Assembly: GCA_043228905.1 (NCBI GenBank) | Contig: JBHGNT010000016.1 | Location: 6,696,001-6,760,000, forward strand | DNA from: Azolla caroliniana | Lineage: Eukaryota; Plantae; Polypodiophyta | Length of the DNA stretch: 64,000 nt | Direction of reading: 5' to 3' | Part shown: positions 12,301 through 26,857 of the stretch, in pieces | Position numbering within the stretch: the first letter of the stretch is position 1 | How the letters are laid out: the number at the start of each line of letters is the position of its first letter | Position numbers and translations under genes: made by a program | Notes under the pieces: generated by a model | Database searches by the model: none | Seen by the model: only the letters and a program-made list of their open reading frames with translations | What the model was told of the DNA's origin: nothing

Positions 12301-13806
12301 GGAAATTGACTCTTCATCATATTTGTCAAATCCACCTATACATCTCAAGGTATGATTGTCATTCTTATATCCATATTTTTACTCATCTTTACTCATTCCT
12401 ATATTCATATTCACACACTAATGAATGATACCTTGTTTGGTGCCTTTTGTAGGGACCATGGACAGTAGAAGAGGATGGTGCCTTTTTGCCTAATGCATGT
12501 TCCAAATTTGTCATGCAACTATTTATGTATCTCAGTGATGGCACATATTTATTTGATTTTTATCTAATCTATGTACGCTGGTTAGCTTGTATCTTCAAAT
12601 TTCAACTTTTGTATATATTCACACTTGAACATTATATCTATTTGGAATCGTAAAAACTTATTGAATATGGTGTTTTTACCTTTCTGGTCTTCAACACATG
12701 TGTAAGAAACTTTTCATTAATGTGAAGGCCTTTTTCTATCTAAAAACATATGTTTTTAGGATTAATTTGTGGTGATAGGAAAAGTCAACCATTTTCGATT
12801 ATGTGTACATGAGTTTCACAAATTTCCATAGCTCACAAGTTTGATATATATAGTTGTCTTTTCTTGTATATGCATACATACAATAACATCGGGAAAATTC
12901 ACCCTGCATCTTCAATTATCTGGGTTTCAACATTTTAGGATATAACATCTTAGTCTTTGATATCTAACTGCGTATAAGAGCGTACTCTTCTAACTACATA
13001 TAAAATGCATTTCTATTTCATATGTACCGTGCTATGTGTTACAACGATTGTACAACGAAAAGGAATCATCAATGATTCCTTCATGATATGGTTGTTGCAT
13101 TCATCAATAACAAAAACTTATGTAATCTCATCAATGGAGCTCTTTTCATTTACTGTGATTGGATAAAAACACAATCCACATTTGTAGATGCCAATTATAA
13201 TCATATGTCAAATCTTGGAGGTCAAATAAACACTCTATTCTCCCCTATATAGTGGCATGTCATTTGGCAACTTTCCAAAGGCAAAATGCTTGCTTACATC
13301 CAATTTTCTTGCTTTCCAAAGCATGACTTGGTAGTCCAGTTTCCAACAGAATACATCACAAAAAGAATCTCATTACTCTTAAAAAAAGTTAGCAATGACA
13401 TGGGACTGGTGGCATAGTGTCCATGCCTTCCTGTGAATGCTTTCCTGATATTCTATGATCTAATGAAATCATGGTGAACCATTTCACCAAATGCATAATT
13501 GACTTCAGGAGCCGCGATCGTGTCAAGAGATCAGAGTTTCAAATACCACATTAAAGCGGGTTGAGTTCTCTCAATGATTCCCGAAACATGTGCTCCTCCT
13601 CCTCCTCCTCCTTCCATTCCTTCTTTGTACCTTATATATGAGAGAAGTAGGGAAGATGATGGAAGTTAGTTAGGATGAAAAATGAATAAACTCAGATGAT
13701 TTGACAAATCAAGCTAAGATTTTTAGCGGATTAAATACCTTAGTTTTGGTCGAGGCGGAGTTGGAGGGAGTCACCGACGCCAAGGGAAACCCTAAAGCCT
13801 AAACGC

Positions 13807-13811
<5 letters not shown>

Positions 13812-13859
<48 letters not shown>
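13812..13859. repeat. (GA)n microsatellite
   Basis: Direct reading of the sequence. Confidence 0.95.
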
Positions 13860-13863
<4 letters not shown>

Positions 13864-14263
13864 CACGCAACCAAAGTTGGATCCTCTGTTTGTGAACTTG
13901 TTAGTAACCAAGGGTTGAAATCGGAGGCCGATGAACTCTGCAGATAGGAAAGAGAGAGCGAGAGATAGCGAGAACTCCGCAAGGTCACATATCATCATAT
14001 TCGCCATTTGAATTGGTGTGTAGGGTGGCATTGAGTTTGGAGTTGTTGTGGCCTTTAGATCACTAGATATAATAAAGGTATTCTATACTTTGTAAAAAGT
14101 TAGTCATGGTGGTGTTTTTTTTCTTTACTAATGAAAACCATTATTTACGAAATAAAATAAAATTGGCGGTGTTTTTTCTTTAGTAATGAAAGCTATTATT
14201 TACGAAAAAAAAAGAGCACGCAGAGAGGAAAGAGAGAGAGAGAAACAAGATTCAAAATTTCCC

Positions 14264-14566
14264 TCCCTCGAAAAGTTGCATTTTCTCTATCTCTCTCTCT
14301 TTCTCTCTCTCTTAACTTTTATCTACTTTCTTTTCTTTTTCTTTACATCTAAAATATTGGATGACCCAAATCGTCTACGATTTCCAAGACGAGTTCAAGG
14401 TCGTCTAAGCCCTAGATTCACAGTCTTCACCTATTTAATGTTTCTCCATCAAATAGTGACGAGGCCCAATAGGAGTGACTCAAAATAAGCCCTCTTTTCC
14501 ATCTATGAGGCTCCTTTTTTTCGCATTACATGTTTTTCTTCCCCCTTTTTCCCTCGAAAAGTTGCA

Positions 14567-14607
<41 letters not shown>

Positions 14608-14841
14608 CTTTTATCTACTTTCTTTTCTTTTTCTTTACATCTAAAATATTGGATGACCCAAATCGTCTACGATTTCCAAGACGAGTTCAAGGTCGTCTAA
14701 GCCCTAGATTCACAGTCTTCACCTATTTAATGTTTCTCCATCAAATAGTGACGAGGCCCAATAGGAGTGACTCAAAATAAGCCCTCTTTTCCATCTATGA
14801 GGCTCCTTTTTTTCGCATTACATGTTTTTCTTCCCCCTTTT
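14264..14841. repeat. Recent tandem duplication of ~290 bp
   Basis: 14264-14549 and 14550-14841 are near-identical apart from the (CT)n tract. Confidence 0.9.
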
Positions 14842-15747
14842 GCTTACAAAATGCATAGACGGGATAATTCCTTAAAACATATTGAAATTCAATCTCTACA
14901 CCTCTTGTACATAGTGAATGGCCCAAACCATCGGCTATTTACTTTCCTTTATTATATATGTTTTTTCATGTATACATATTTATGTTTCTTTGGGTATGGG
15001 TAGGCCTAACAGTCGGCAATGGTTTGGTTTGAACTGAATCAAACCGCGAAACCTTGGCTTAACGGTTTAACGATTTAAATAGTTCGATTAGGTTTGGTTT
15101 CAACAGCTAGAAACCAATAATTACTTTATAAAGTGTAATTTTTTGGACATAGGGGTAGTTTGGTAAATTTGGAACTTCCAAGGGCATTTTGATAAATAGA
15201 TGAACTTCCAGGGGTATCCTGGTACTTTTCCCTAAACATAACTACCTCACAAAGATAATGAAATCATACAAAAAAATCATACAAATTGAATACTTAATCA
15301 TCATATATTTCTTAAAGCCCAAAAAACACAAAAAATGTTTATCATACTGTGACTCCTCATATTAAGCATTGTGCAATATGTGTCTACTTCAATGATACTA
15401 TCCTTCTCTCTTTATTTTCAAACCAAAGGTTAAATATATCCCTCCAACAAATGTTTGATGTGCCATGCCCCTACGTTCGGCAGCTGCGTTCGCTCCCTAT
15501 GGTCTCGATTACTTCCACCGGCTTGCCGCTCGATTCAGCAATGGTTGTCTCCTCATTGATTTCTTGTGTAAGTGTATCCAAACTAGGTTTCCTTATATAT
15601 ATATATATATATAAGATTTGTTGGTCCTTCCATCATCAATATTATCGACAATTTCGTAATGTGCCGTGACGAGGACTAATTTTATGATTATATGCATATT
15701 TTTTGATCTATCATGATGTTAATTTTGTTGCGGGGTTGGTGCTACAA

Positions 15748-15967
15748 CTCAAGGATTGGGCTATGGGCTTTTGGACCCTTTCTTGAAATCAATTGACCCC
15801 GATTTCTCTCATGGTGTCGATTTTGCATCATCTGGATCATCGGCAAGGAACACAACCGTAGTGGGGATTGATACAAGTAGTAGTGGCTTGTTCTCTCTCG
15901 ATGTACAAATTGATCAATTCCGAAATTTCAAGGAGAAGGTTCTACATGCTCAATCTAGATACAATGG
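15748..15967 (+). pseudogene. Isolated GDSL esterase/lipase exon
   Basis: QGLGYGLLDPFLKSIDPDFSHGVDFASSGS...FSLDVQIDQF matches GDSL block II. The expected acceptor reads CAA rather than CAG, no other exons were found, and an LTR-like sequence follows. Confidence 0.7.
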
Positions 15968-15971
15968 TACC

Positions 15972-16273
15972 TGTTACGGGCATGACCATATAATATCCCG
16001 TGGTGAGAATTTACCGTAGTATTCTATACATGTGGATAAGTGTGAGGGTTAAACGAGAGTGTAAAGAAGGGGAGGATTACTTTTAATCCTCGGGATTGAG
16101 AAAACCCATTAGGCCAAGTGTGAACTTGCCTGGGGGCCTTGGATATCGCTATAAATAAGAGGCCTAGCTACCCTCATTTCATCATCTTGTTGACTACGTC
16201 GAGACTCTGTCTTGTGGTGGGTCAACTCTTGTAGCGAGCGCGCCAACACCAAGTACGATTCGACGTCACAACA
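15972..16273 (+). mobile_element. Probable LTR remnant
   Basis: TGTTA...ACAACA termini, internal CTATAAATA, followed by a PBS-like TGGTAT. Confidence 0.4.
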
Positions 16274-17069
16274 GTGGTATGGGATGCCGATCGAGGCTCG
16301 AGTCCGTCTCGATCCCTTCGCTCGGGGGTGGTCGGGTGGATAGGCACCCTTCTTTCTCTCTCTCCTTTCTATCTATCTATCTATATTCTATCCTTATCTA
16401 ATGCTTACATTAGTACATGTCTCTAATAGTACCTCAATGCTTTCTATGGCTTTCAATAAGTCCATATTAGACAGACATATCTAACTAATCGCTATAATTT
16501 CTTAGTCCTTATCCTATTGCAAATTTTTGTGGAAATAAAGGAAAATGCATTCCAATTTGTCACACGCTTCTCATGAGCAATCTTCAAAGAAAAAAGATTC
16601 AATAAAAGAGAAAAACAGAGAGAAAAATAGAGAAAATAGAGAAAATAGAGAGAAAGAACAAAATACATACTTCAGAGTGGTGGAGTGGCAACCGGTAGAT
16701 ATCGTGCAATCACCGAGAAGCGTCAGGGAGCAACGAGTAGTGAGCGAGCCAGGAGCAATGGGCAACAACCAAGGAACAGGGAGTAGCGAGGAAGGAAAGA
16801 AACGAGCAACAAGCGTGAAGAAGCAAAACAAGAAAAGAGAAAACAGGGGGAAAAGAGAAAGAGGGGGGAATTTGGAAATGAAACATTGAAAGAAATAGAC
16901 AATGTACACCGTACATTATAAATGTTTTCATATACTATAAAAATAGCCGGCTCATTCGACTAGATTCCAGTTGGTCAGAATTTCAGAAATCTTAGTCGAA
17001 AGCGATTTAGGCTATCCACAATGGTTCCTGGCAAAAGTCCCAATTCAACCTTTGCCCAAAGTTGTAATA

Positions 17070-17256
17070 TATATGTATGACATGGAAAAATATTTTTTAG
17101 CATGTCATTTGACATGTATAAATTTTGGGCGCCTTTCACATGAAAAATGAAAATTGTAAGTTTATTTGTCACTTGACCGTCATTTTTATTAGGTGTGTAT
17201 TTTTTACGGGCAAAATGGCCTTTGACGGGCATGACACCTGTCAAATTCTTGCCCTG
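17070..17256. mobile_element. Right arm of the same hAT-like family as 7340-8178
   Basis: Similar to 7990-8178 and ends in TCAAATTCTTGCCCTG. Confidence 0.65.
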
Positions 17257-19973
17257 CTTTTAAATGATTGAGATTACACTTCCATATTTATGACACTCGA
17301 ATGATTTTAAATATAGACTATATGTATACAATAAAATATATTTTGAATATAGACTATATGAATACTATTGTATAAAATAAATTTTATGCATATCATAATG
17401 ACTTGTGTGTAGATCTATTAATATAATGAATAAATTATATTTTATATAATAATAATATCTTTCTTTATTGAATTATTTGTTTATTTTATATAATAATAAA
17501 TTTTATGGTCATTAGATTGAGGGAGCTTATGTATATAGAGACACTAGTAATTTGTTTCAATCTCTTATATTAGCTTAAACTCATAATTTTGAGAACTCTG
17601 TTTGGATCTTAAGCCATGAGTGAAAACTCACCGTTTTTGGTTGAAGAGTATTGTTTGTCAATAGAAGCATCATTTTCTGTCGAATAATATTGTTTGAGCT
17701 CATCTTCACCTATACCTCATGTGAATAACGACTCATGTGAAGAGTTCTTTGTTGAAGAATATAATGTTAATAAAGATACATACAATGAAGGTAATGCTAA
17801 TGAAACATCGAAGATCATGGGGGGTCAAGCTAACAACAACATAATTGACTCTAATGTTGTTACTCCTATTTCTAGTCAAGAAAAGAAATCAGCAAGCCCT
17901 ATGCAAAATAGGAGAATCCCACATAGAATTCATCTAGCAAGATTTAACTTGGTGACATAAGATAAGCAACTTGGATTTGATCTCAACAAAACATGTTATG
18001 CCCGTGGTTGTATGTTTATGATTGGAAAAGCAAAGTTGCGAGAATTAAGACATTACTACTTTTCAATGACTAGTGATGAGCAAGACACTTACCTCAGCTC
18101 ACATATGCAATTGGTGTCTGATAACTCTTCGAGGATCAAAGTATCATTCGAGTATTATATCTTCCATGTGCAACAAATATGTAGAGTGGCATTCAAAATT
18201 GCGCTATGTGTTAGTAACATGCGACTACATAGAGTACAACAACGTCTTCTTAGTGGGAATCAGACTATCAATCGCATAGAGGTTCCAAGTATGAAAGGTG
18301 CAATAGGAAGACATGCTATTGGTTGGATGAAAATTTACTTCAAGTTAAATTGTGGAGTAATGCCCACTACAGGCATGATGCACCTCTTTGATAATTACAC
18401 ATGTCGGGAAGTTTATGAAGTCTATCGATCGGAAATGTTATTATCAAGTGATAAATATGTTACATACAACCAGTTCACAAGATTGTGGAGAACATGGTTT
18501 TCAAATGTTATTATTCCGCGTAAAGTACGGATGGGGTATTGCTCGATTTGTGCAAACCTTAAAAGTTTGGCTAAAGGTGTGCAAAAAACAACGGAAAAGG
18601 ATATGAGTAAGAAGTTACTACAGGAGCATCGTGAAGCACAATCGTTAGAAGAAAGAAGGCGATGCACTATAGAGAGAAGTGTTTGAAGAGACCTGAACAG
18701 TACATGTGCTTAATGATCGATGACGTGTACCAGAAGAAAACGTGGTTACCTCATATGCGGAGGCTCCCCAAAGACATCAATGATGAGTGCCTTGTTCAAA
18801 TCCACTTGGTGGGATGCTTGGCTTATAATAGGTCAATTAGACCTCAGGTCTTCATTACATACACCAATGTTCACAATGACCCTATAGTTATAGTGATTCA
18901 TTGGGTTTTGATGTCTTGGGGCCAGCCGTTCCCCCCTATTCTGAACGTTCAATTGGACAATACTACTAGAGAGAACAAAAATTCAATTATGTTCGGATAT
19001 CTAAGTATGTTGGTCAACCAAGGATTGTTTAGAAAAGTGAAAGTCAATTTTCTTTTGGTTGGCCACACACATGATCATATAGATAAGATGTTTAGCACAT
19101 TCTCTAGACAGTTGTCTCATCATGATGCTTTCACATTACCAAAACTAGTTGATGTCATTTGTGATGCATACACACCACGCCCAAAAGTGTTACACTTGAA
19201 GGAGGTATATGACTTCAAGAGATATATATTAGATGGGGGTGATGGGAATGTTAAAGTGCTCGCCCAGTTAAACAATATAAGCTTCAATCACATTTTTTTG
19301 ATAAAGAAAAATGATATAAGTGGTTCAACGCTTTTGTATGCCAAGAAATATTTATCTTCAACAAAATGGGAACCTGAAGGTGGTTGCCAATTCTTACTTT
19401 GTATGCCGAGTACAATAGTCTATGGAGCTAAACAGTCGCCAATTGAGACAAAAGGACAATTGCATAGTGACTTGGTAGAAGAACAAAAACACTTATGGCT
19501 CCCTGCCTTAACAGAAAAAAGGAAGCATATTGAGGCCGCAAAGAAATATGCCGCACAACAAGACATGTCATGGTGGGATGTGTTTTATAGTAATCAGAAA
19601 GGAATTATTGACAATTGTGTATCTGGTGATAATTGGACTTTGGAAATGCCATTCACATGGTCACTACAACATGATCGTGTAAATAAAAGTTCGGAGCAAC
19701 CAACTAATGCGATTAATGATAGTTTGGTCCATCCACAACAAAGAGACATTTATGTGGGACCAAAGATGACCAAAGTAGCTAAAGCTAGATGGCAAGGCAA
19801 TTTGCAAGAGCTCGTTGTGGGGATGTTGATTGCAACACCCGCTGATGACAACAAACAAGGCCATCAATTTTGGATTGGAAAAATTCTAGAAATGCTAATT
19901 CATGAAATAGAAAACATGATAAAGTCTATAAAAGTGCATTGGTACAACATTAGAAGTGAAAATGCTTTTACGG

Positions 19974-22900
19974 TGTCGTGGAGAAAACCGTCCCTAGGCG
20001 GAAACCGGGTATAACGTGCGTAAACCGGCCCTTATACATGGGCACAAGTTTTGTTGTATAGAACGTACATAGGTACAAGTTGGCTGAGGTGAAATCCTAG
20101 GTAGCACGCATTCACTAGGGAGAAAATCAAGGCGTATCCCTGTCCGAAAGGACAACGAATAAACATGATGTAACGGGTGGTAACGGCCTCCCTCCTTGGG
20201 TTATAAAATAGAGGGAGAGGTGTTCAAAAAGGTATCGTGTTTTGTGAAGGACGAAGTGCTGCCGGACTGGAACCGAGCTCTTCTCCTCTGTCATCTCCAT
20301 AGTCGTTCTGTGCAGGTTTCGGGAGGCTGACTCTGCTCCGTGGAACGCCCGAGTGCTTCCGACAGAGTCTCCATCTCGCGTTGTGTGTGCGGGCGCGCGC
20401 GTGTGTGTGTGTAGGCGTCAGAGCCTATCACTCACCGGTTTGCCAGTTGTAACTCCTTGATTTATATATACATATACCTTTGTTCTGTCTCCATTGTTCA
20501 GAGTTAGTTGCAACTCCTGGGAATCAGTGTGTCTGTGCACATGTGAAGTACATCGGTAGTTTCCTTCCCCACTTCTCATTCGGTTATTTCTCGGTCCAGG
20601 GCCCCCGTGGTCCCGCCTCGTTCCACACACGCGCGTAACAACGCGACATATTTGGTGAACCCGACGTGAACATGCGGCAAAGGAATAGAAAGATGAGAGG
20701 GTCGGATCTTGCAGAAGCCATGGCTTCGATTGTGGATCGGATAGTGAGTGCATGCGAAGGCACATGCGCCCTCGATAGGGCTATTGAAGCAGTCGTCGAC
20801 ACGATAGGCCAGATCGGTGGGAAGGACGCCACGAGCTATTTGGAGGCTTATCGAGCCGAAATGGTGATGAGGGGCATCCCGTAGGACAGGCGACTGGTTG
20901 GATTCCCGAAGCGGGACTTCATGGAATGGGTGGAGACCCCCGAAAAGGGGAGAAACGCGTCGGTGCTCCTCCGGGAGTTTGAAGAACGTTTCGCACGTCT
21001 TTCGGCGCTGGACCAAATCGTACTGGACACAAGTCGTGTCCTATTGTTCGTTAAATTGGTGGACGTAAGGGACCGGGAGCAAGTGGGCTTCCTGCTGGAG
21101 ACCGATGACGGCCTAACAACTAACTGGGCCGTGGTAAAGAGAATCTGTGGCCGTTTTGACAAACAGCGTGAGTGGATCGATAAAGGCTTGATGGGGGTGG
21201 GTTCTGTTGCAACAAGGAAGGTCGAGGTACCCCCACCGATGCGAAGGGAAGAGACCCAAGACTAGCTCGAGACCAGCTCGACTTCGACCAGCATGGTCAA
21301 AGGCTCATCCGGAGGAGCGGTTCTAGAGGAGTTGACTTAGATGGTGAGGGACCTCCAGAATGCACAAGCACGGAAGGACAACGGTGAACAAGTCCATGAC
21401 CGAAGGCCTCCGGCTGGGAACCAGTGCTTGTGGTGCAACGCAGTCAGCCACGCCCGAAAGGACTGCGGGGACTTCACCGAAGCGATAAGAGCTAACGTGG
21501 TGTACCTATGGAATGGCCGGGTGCACGCTAGCGAGACCCGAAGGGCCTTGGATCTGAATGTCGGACGAGGGGGTATAAAACGGCTAATGGAAGAAGCGGC
21601 GGCTCGCCACGCGGAGACCGTCCACTACTCGGCGTTGGCTGGAATCCGGGTCGGAAGTGATGAAGTCCGGAAAACGAAGGACTTCGGGTTCTGGCCGTTG
21701 ATGCTAGAAGGCCTAGCTGGCGTACGGCTAAGGAAAGAGGAAGCGGACCGCGCGGAAAGACAGGTCCGGGAGGTAACCCGGTGGAGTGACCCGGTCAAAG
21801 AGAAGACGGGCTTTGTGGAAGCTGCGTGCCAGAACTACGAGGTTCTGGTGGAAGACAAGCGCGCGGGAAAGACCGGGGGGGCCAGACCCTCACAACGGTA
21901 TGAGACCCGGTTCGGGCCGAAGCCAAAGGATGTCGGTGCATCCGGCGCACCGGACAAGGCCAAGAAAGCCGGTTATTGGTTGAGCATAGAAATCGAAAGG
22001 ACCACGGACCTACGAAAGGTCCTGGAGGAATGGATCCTCGACAACAAAGTGGAGTTGTCGCTGAGGGAAGTGCTCGGTATCGCCAAGAAGGAGTTACACG
22101 ACTCCATCGTGGATTGGTGAAGCGAAAAAGGCTTTCGACAGAGCGGAGCCGGAGAAGCCGGTGGAGGTGCGAACGACGCACCTAGAAGACATGGCTCTAG
22201 AAGACGAGTTGGCGGAGAGCCACTATTCAAGGCCACATTGGGCCAGAGCAACCACGGAGACCCCCGTTAAGATCGGAGATGTTCAGGAACCGGTGGTGGT
22301 GTTGGTAGACCACGGTTCAGAAATCAACTTGATGTCCACGGACTTCTACAAGAAGGGGAAGTGGCCGATCAACACCAAGCACGAGTGGAAAATACGGGCA
22401 GAAACGCGCGCCACAGAAGAGCTCCATGGAGCTTGCCTGAATGTACAAGTGAAAATCGGCGATGTCGAGATCGATTAATACTTCTTCGTGCAGGAGACGT
22501 CCTCGCATCCGGTTATACTTGGGGAACTGTACATCACGGCGGCACGGATGGAGACAAAGGTGATGGACAACGGTTCAGCATATGCACGAGTCAAGAGCCA
22601 GGATGGGCGTCACTCGGTCCAGTTCCTGACGGTGCGACCGAACCATGAGCGTAACCGCGAGATCCTCGGTGGTGAAAACCAAGGGGATTTTTAGAGAGGG
22701 CTATCAAGGCGTGGGGCTGTGATAGTCCGGACACCTCAGAAAAACACCACAGATGTACTATAGGAAAAAAGACCTGTACCATAGGTAAGAAATTTTGGTT
22801 CTCCGATAGCGAAGGTTGTACGATAGCTAGCATAGTTGGCCGGGAAAAGAAGCGGGCGGAAGAGCGACTTCGGGCATGTGGAGTCCTCGGCCCTGAAGAG

Positions 22901-25900
22901 GAAATTAACGGAGCCGTCGAGGCGGTCTCTTTCGACGACACCTTAGGGAAGTTACGGGAGGTGTTCGGAGAAGGCCTTAATGAGGATCGGACGATTCCGG
23001 TAAGTTCGGAAAAGATGTACGAAGTCATCGCCGACTTCGGTAATGGACTCGAGTCGGATCGGATGGCCCGAGTGGATATGAAGTACAAGACTGTGGACCG
23101 GAAGGTGAGGCTAGTCGTGGCACCCTTGCCGGAAGGGCAGCGAGTTACGGATAAAGGGGGTCGCGTCGGACCCAAGTTTACGAGATCCGGCCAGCATAGG
23201 ACACACGTTCACCGACATAACGCTACGGGAGCTCAAGATCGGTGGGGGTGGCTTTCTATTGCCGGCGGAAGAGGACCGGTTTCGGAGAATGCTCGGGAGG
23301 CACGTGAAGGCTTTCACATTCTCACCGGACGAGATTGGGTGCGTAGACCTGACGGTTGTGGAACCAATGGTGATCTTCACGGTACCGCATGTGCCGTGGA
23401 ATCTCAAACCGATTTCGGTACCCAGAGCTCACATCCCGAAGCTGATGGAGCTGCTAAAACAGAAAGTGGAGATGGGCATCCTCGAACCTTTGAGTGCCCC
23501 ATACTCGAATCGGTGATTTACTGTGCCAAAGAAGAACGGCACGCTGCGCTTCATACAGGACCTGCAGCCTATCAACAAGGTGACCATTCAAAACGCAAGC
23601 ATCGGACCGACCATTGACGAGTTCGATACTCAAGGTACAACCAGTTCCAACTAGTCGTAGAGAGTAGGGATATCACGACGATGTGGACTCCTCTCGGCCT
23701 ACTTCAGATGTGTACCCTACCGCAAGGGGGAACGAACTCAGTGGCACACATGGTGAATGCGATGAACAAGGTGTTGAGGGACTGCATCCCGGACATCACC
23801 ATGCCGTTTCTGGACGATGTACCGATCAAAGGATGTACGGTGGAGGACAAGGACGAGTCGGTCGGACTGGACGGTTGCCGGGGGTTAGTGACGGATCACA
23901 TCCGCGACAGCGAGAAGGTGCTACAAAGACTCGAGGTCGCGCGGTTCACCTTCTCCGGGGAAAAATCAGCCTTCGGGCAATCGGAGATCATGGTCGTCGG
24001 ACACCTATGCGGGCCATATGGTCGGAAATTGTCTCCGGCGAAGGTGGAGGCTATCTCCGCAATGAAGCAAGACTGCAATTCGGTTACGGAGGTTCGGACA
24101 TTCCTGGGAGCATGTGCGTTCTACCATATCTAGATCCTGCATTACGCCCACATCGCAGAGCCGCTCTATGGGTTGCTGAAGAAATGGTGTAAATTCAAGT
24201 GGAGAGATGAGCATACGGAGTCGGTTTGGAAGATGACAGAAGCACTTGCCACAGCACCGACACTCCGAAAGGTTGTCTACGGCAAAGACACTCTGATTTA
24301 CGTGACCGTAGACATAGGTCCGACCGGGATCAGATGGGTGATCAACCAAGAGGATGACGATGGCGCGAGGTTCCCCATCCGGTTCGGCGCAAAAGTCCTC
24401 ATTGAGCGACAACGAGGATACGCCCAGGTTAAACGCAAACTCTGGGGTATCGTTTCGGCGGTCAAGGCCGATAAAGACTATCTGATCGGGGCAGAGGTGA
24501 TAATCGAGATGGACTACCTGCCGATTCTCGGCCTGGTTTCCGGATGCGCGATGCCGGACCTGGCAATGCTCAAGTGGATAGCGTACATCAAGTCCTTGAA
24601 TCCGGAAATACGACACCATTCCGGAAAGGACAATGCCATGGCCGACATGCTTTCGAGAGCGAGGTTCGATGACGAGGACGACATGGTTTCGGAGGACGAG
24701 GAAGTTGGCGTGGACTTCTTCAAGGCGGCTTACAGAACAACAAGAAAGGGGAGCACTCCGACGCTTAACGAATTCGACGAGAGCAAGTACGACTGGGAGT
24801 GGCTCCAGATCGGCGGGTTCCTAAACACAATGACAGCGGACGCAACGTGGACGAAGGAAGAGACCAACCGGATTCGGAAGAAAGTGTATCGATTCTTCCT
24901 ATGGGGCAGGAGCATATGGAAGCATCGGAAGAAGAGAAACGACATCCTGCTCCGAGTGGTGGCGAAGAAAGAGGAACAAGAAGAATTTCTCACGGCATAC
25001 AACAAGAGTCCCTAGGCCAGACACCGCGGGACGTGGGCCACATTCGAGAAGCTAAAGGGGAAGTACTGGTGGCCGGGACTATACCGAGACATGCATTGGT
25101 TTGTGACGACTTGCGAAAGCTGTTAGGTGCACTCCATAGTTCGACATCGGGACGAGCTTCACCCGACCTACCCTCCGACCGTCCACTTTAAGTGGATGGT
25201 GGATCTGGTGACGATGCCGATGGGGGTAGGGTAGATGCGGTATATGGTGCTGGCTCGGGAGGACTTGACGAACCAGGTGGAAGGTCGAGCGTTGCAAAAC
25301 AAAATGACCGCGGCCGTGTGCCGATTTCTGATCGAAGAAGTGGTATGTCAGTACGGGTGCGTAGGTAAGATCGTGGCCGACCGCTGAGAATTGGACGCGC
25401 AAGAGGCGGAAGAGCTGTTTGACCGGCTAGGGATTAAACACTTGCTCACCACAGCGTACAATCCGGAGGCTAACGGGAAGGTGGAACACGGACACGGGCC
25501 GATCGTCAAAGCGTTAGTACAGGCGTGTGGAGGCCAAGTCGGAAACTGGCCATGGCTCTTACCCTATGCATTGTGGGCGGACCGAACTACGCACAGTTTG
25601 GTAACCGGGTTCATGCCGGCAGAGCTAATGTACGGGCATAAGCCGATCATGCCAACGAAGCAGACAATCTCCTCATGGGTCACGGTGGACTAGAAAGACG
25701 AGATGAGCCGGGAGGAGTTGTTAGCGGCACGGATTCGGCAACTGGAGCGAAAACCAGAGGACGTGGACCGAGCCGCGGAGAAGCTACGGGTGGCGAGGGT
25801 AAAGAACAAAGGACGGTTCGACCGGACTCACCAACTGAGACCGACGAAGATCGAGGAAGGCGACTGGGTTCTAGTGTATGACAACAGCCTCGACAACCAG

Positions 25901-26714
25901 CATAGGGCAATGCGGAAGTTTGCAAGAAGGTGGTTCGGGCCTTATGTGGTGACAAGCGCCAACGACAATGGGACCTACCATCTCGCGGAGCTCGACGGGA
26001 CAAGGATGGCGGTACTGGTGGCGGGGAAAAGGATCAAAGCATTCAAAAAGCGGCACGAGGCTGAACTGGACCCGGAGGACCTGGATAGCGACAACGACCT
26101 GCTCGGAACGGATGTCGATTTGGAAGACGAAGGATAAGCGTTGGCCAGTCTTCTCCAACAAGAGTCCAATTTTGGCGCATATCGGTGGATGCGCGGTTAG
26201 GTGGGGGCGGATTTCGTGGAGAAAACCATCCCTAGGCGGAAACCAGGTATAACGTCCGTAAACCGAGCCTTATACGTGGGCACAAGTTTTATTGTATAGT
26301 ACGTAGATAGGTACAAGTCGGCCGAGGTGAAATCCTAGGTAGCACGCATTCATTAGGGAGAAAATCAAGGCGTTTTCGGACAAGGAATAAACATGATGTA
26401 CCGGGTGGTAACGGCCGCCCGAGTGCTTCTAGCAGAGTCTCCATCTCACGTTGTGTGTGCGCACGTGTGTGTGTGCAGGCGTCGGAGCCTATCACTCGTC
26501 GGTTTTCCGGTTGTAACTCCTTGATTTATATATACATATACCTTCATCCTATCTCCATTTTTCAGAGTTAGTTGCAACTCCTGGGAATCAGTGCGTCTGT
26601 GCGCGTGTGAAGTACATCGGTAGTTTCCTTCCCCTCTTCTCATTCGGTTATTTCTCGGTCCAGGGCTCTCGTGGTCTCGCCTCATTCTCCACGCACGCGC
26701 GTACCAACGCGACA
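19974..26714 (+). mobile_element. Full-length Ty3/Gypsy LTR retrotransposon (degenerate gag-pol)
   Basis: 5' LTR 19974-20648 and 3' LTR 26212-26714. PBS and PPT (AGGTGGGGGCGGA) present. Gag knuckle CLWCNAVSHARKDC, protease LVDHGSEIN, RT LPQGGTNS/FLDDV, RNase H, integrase YNPEANGKVE. 4-bp TSD ACGG/ACAA (empty site ACAG in copy 2). Confidence 0.95.
20653..20670 (+). other. Primer-binding site complementary to the tRNA-Trp 3' end
   Basis: TGGTGAACCCGACGTGAA is the reverse complement of the plant cytosolic tRNA-Trp 3' end as I recall it (TTCACGTCGGGTTCACCA). Confidence 0.85.
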
Positions 26715-26857
26715 ACAAGTAAGTATACATTGGAGATGATGGAATGCCTGACGACAAGGGGAAGTAGGAAGAGGAAACAAAACATTCGTAACACCTCGAC
26801 CCTTGATATCTCAGATGTGGATATCATTGTGTACGACTTCACGCTTACAAAAGCTGG

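Noticed and set aside
20418-26252. Many overlapping antisense and alternative-frame ORFs
   Set aside because: They are by-products of GC-rich Gypsy gag-pol sequence and carry no independent motifs.
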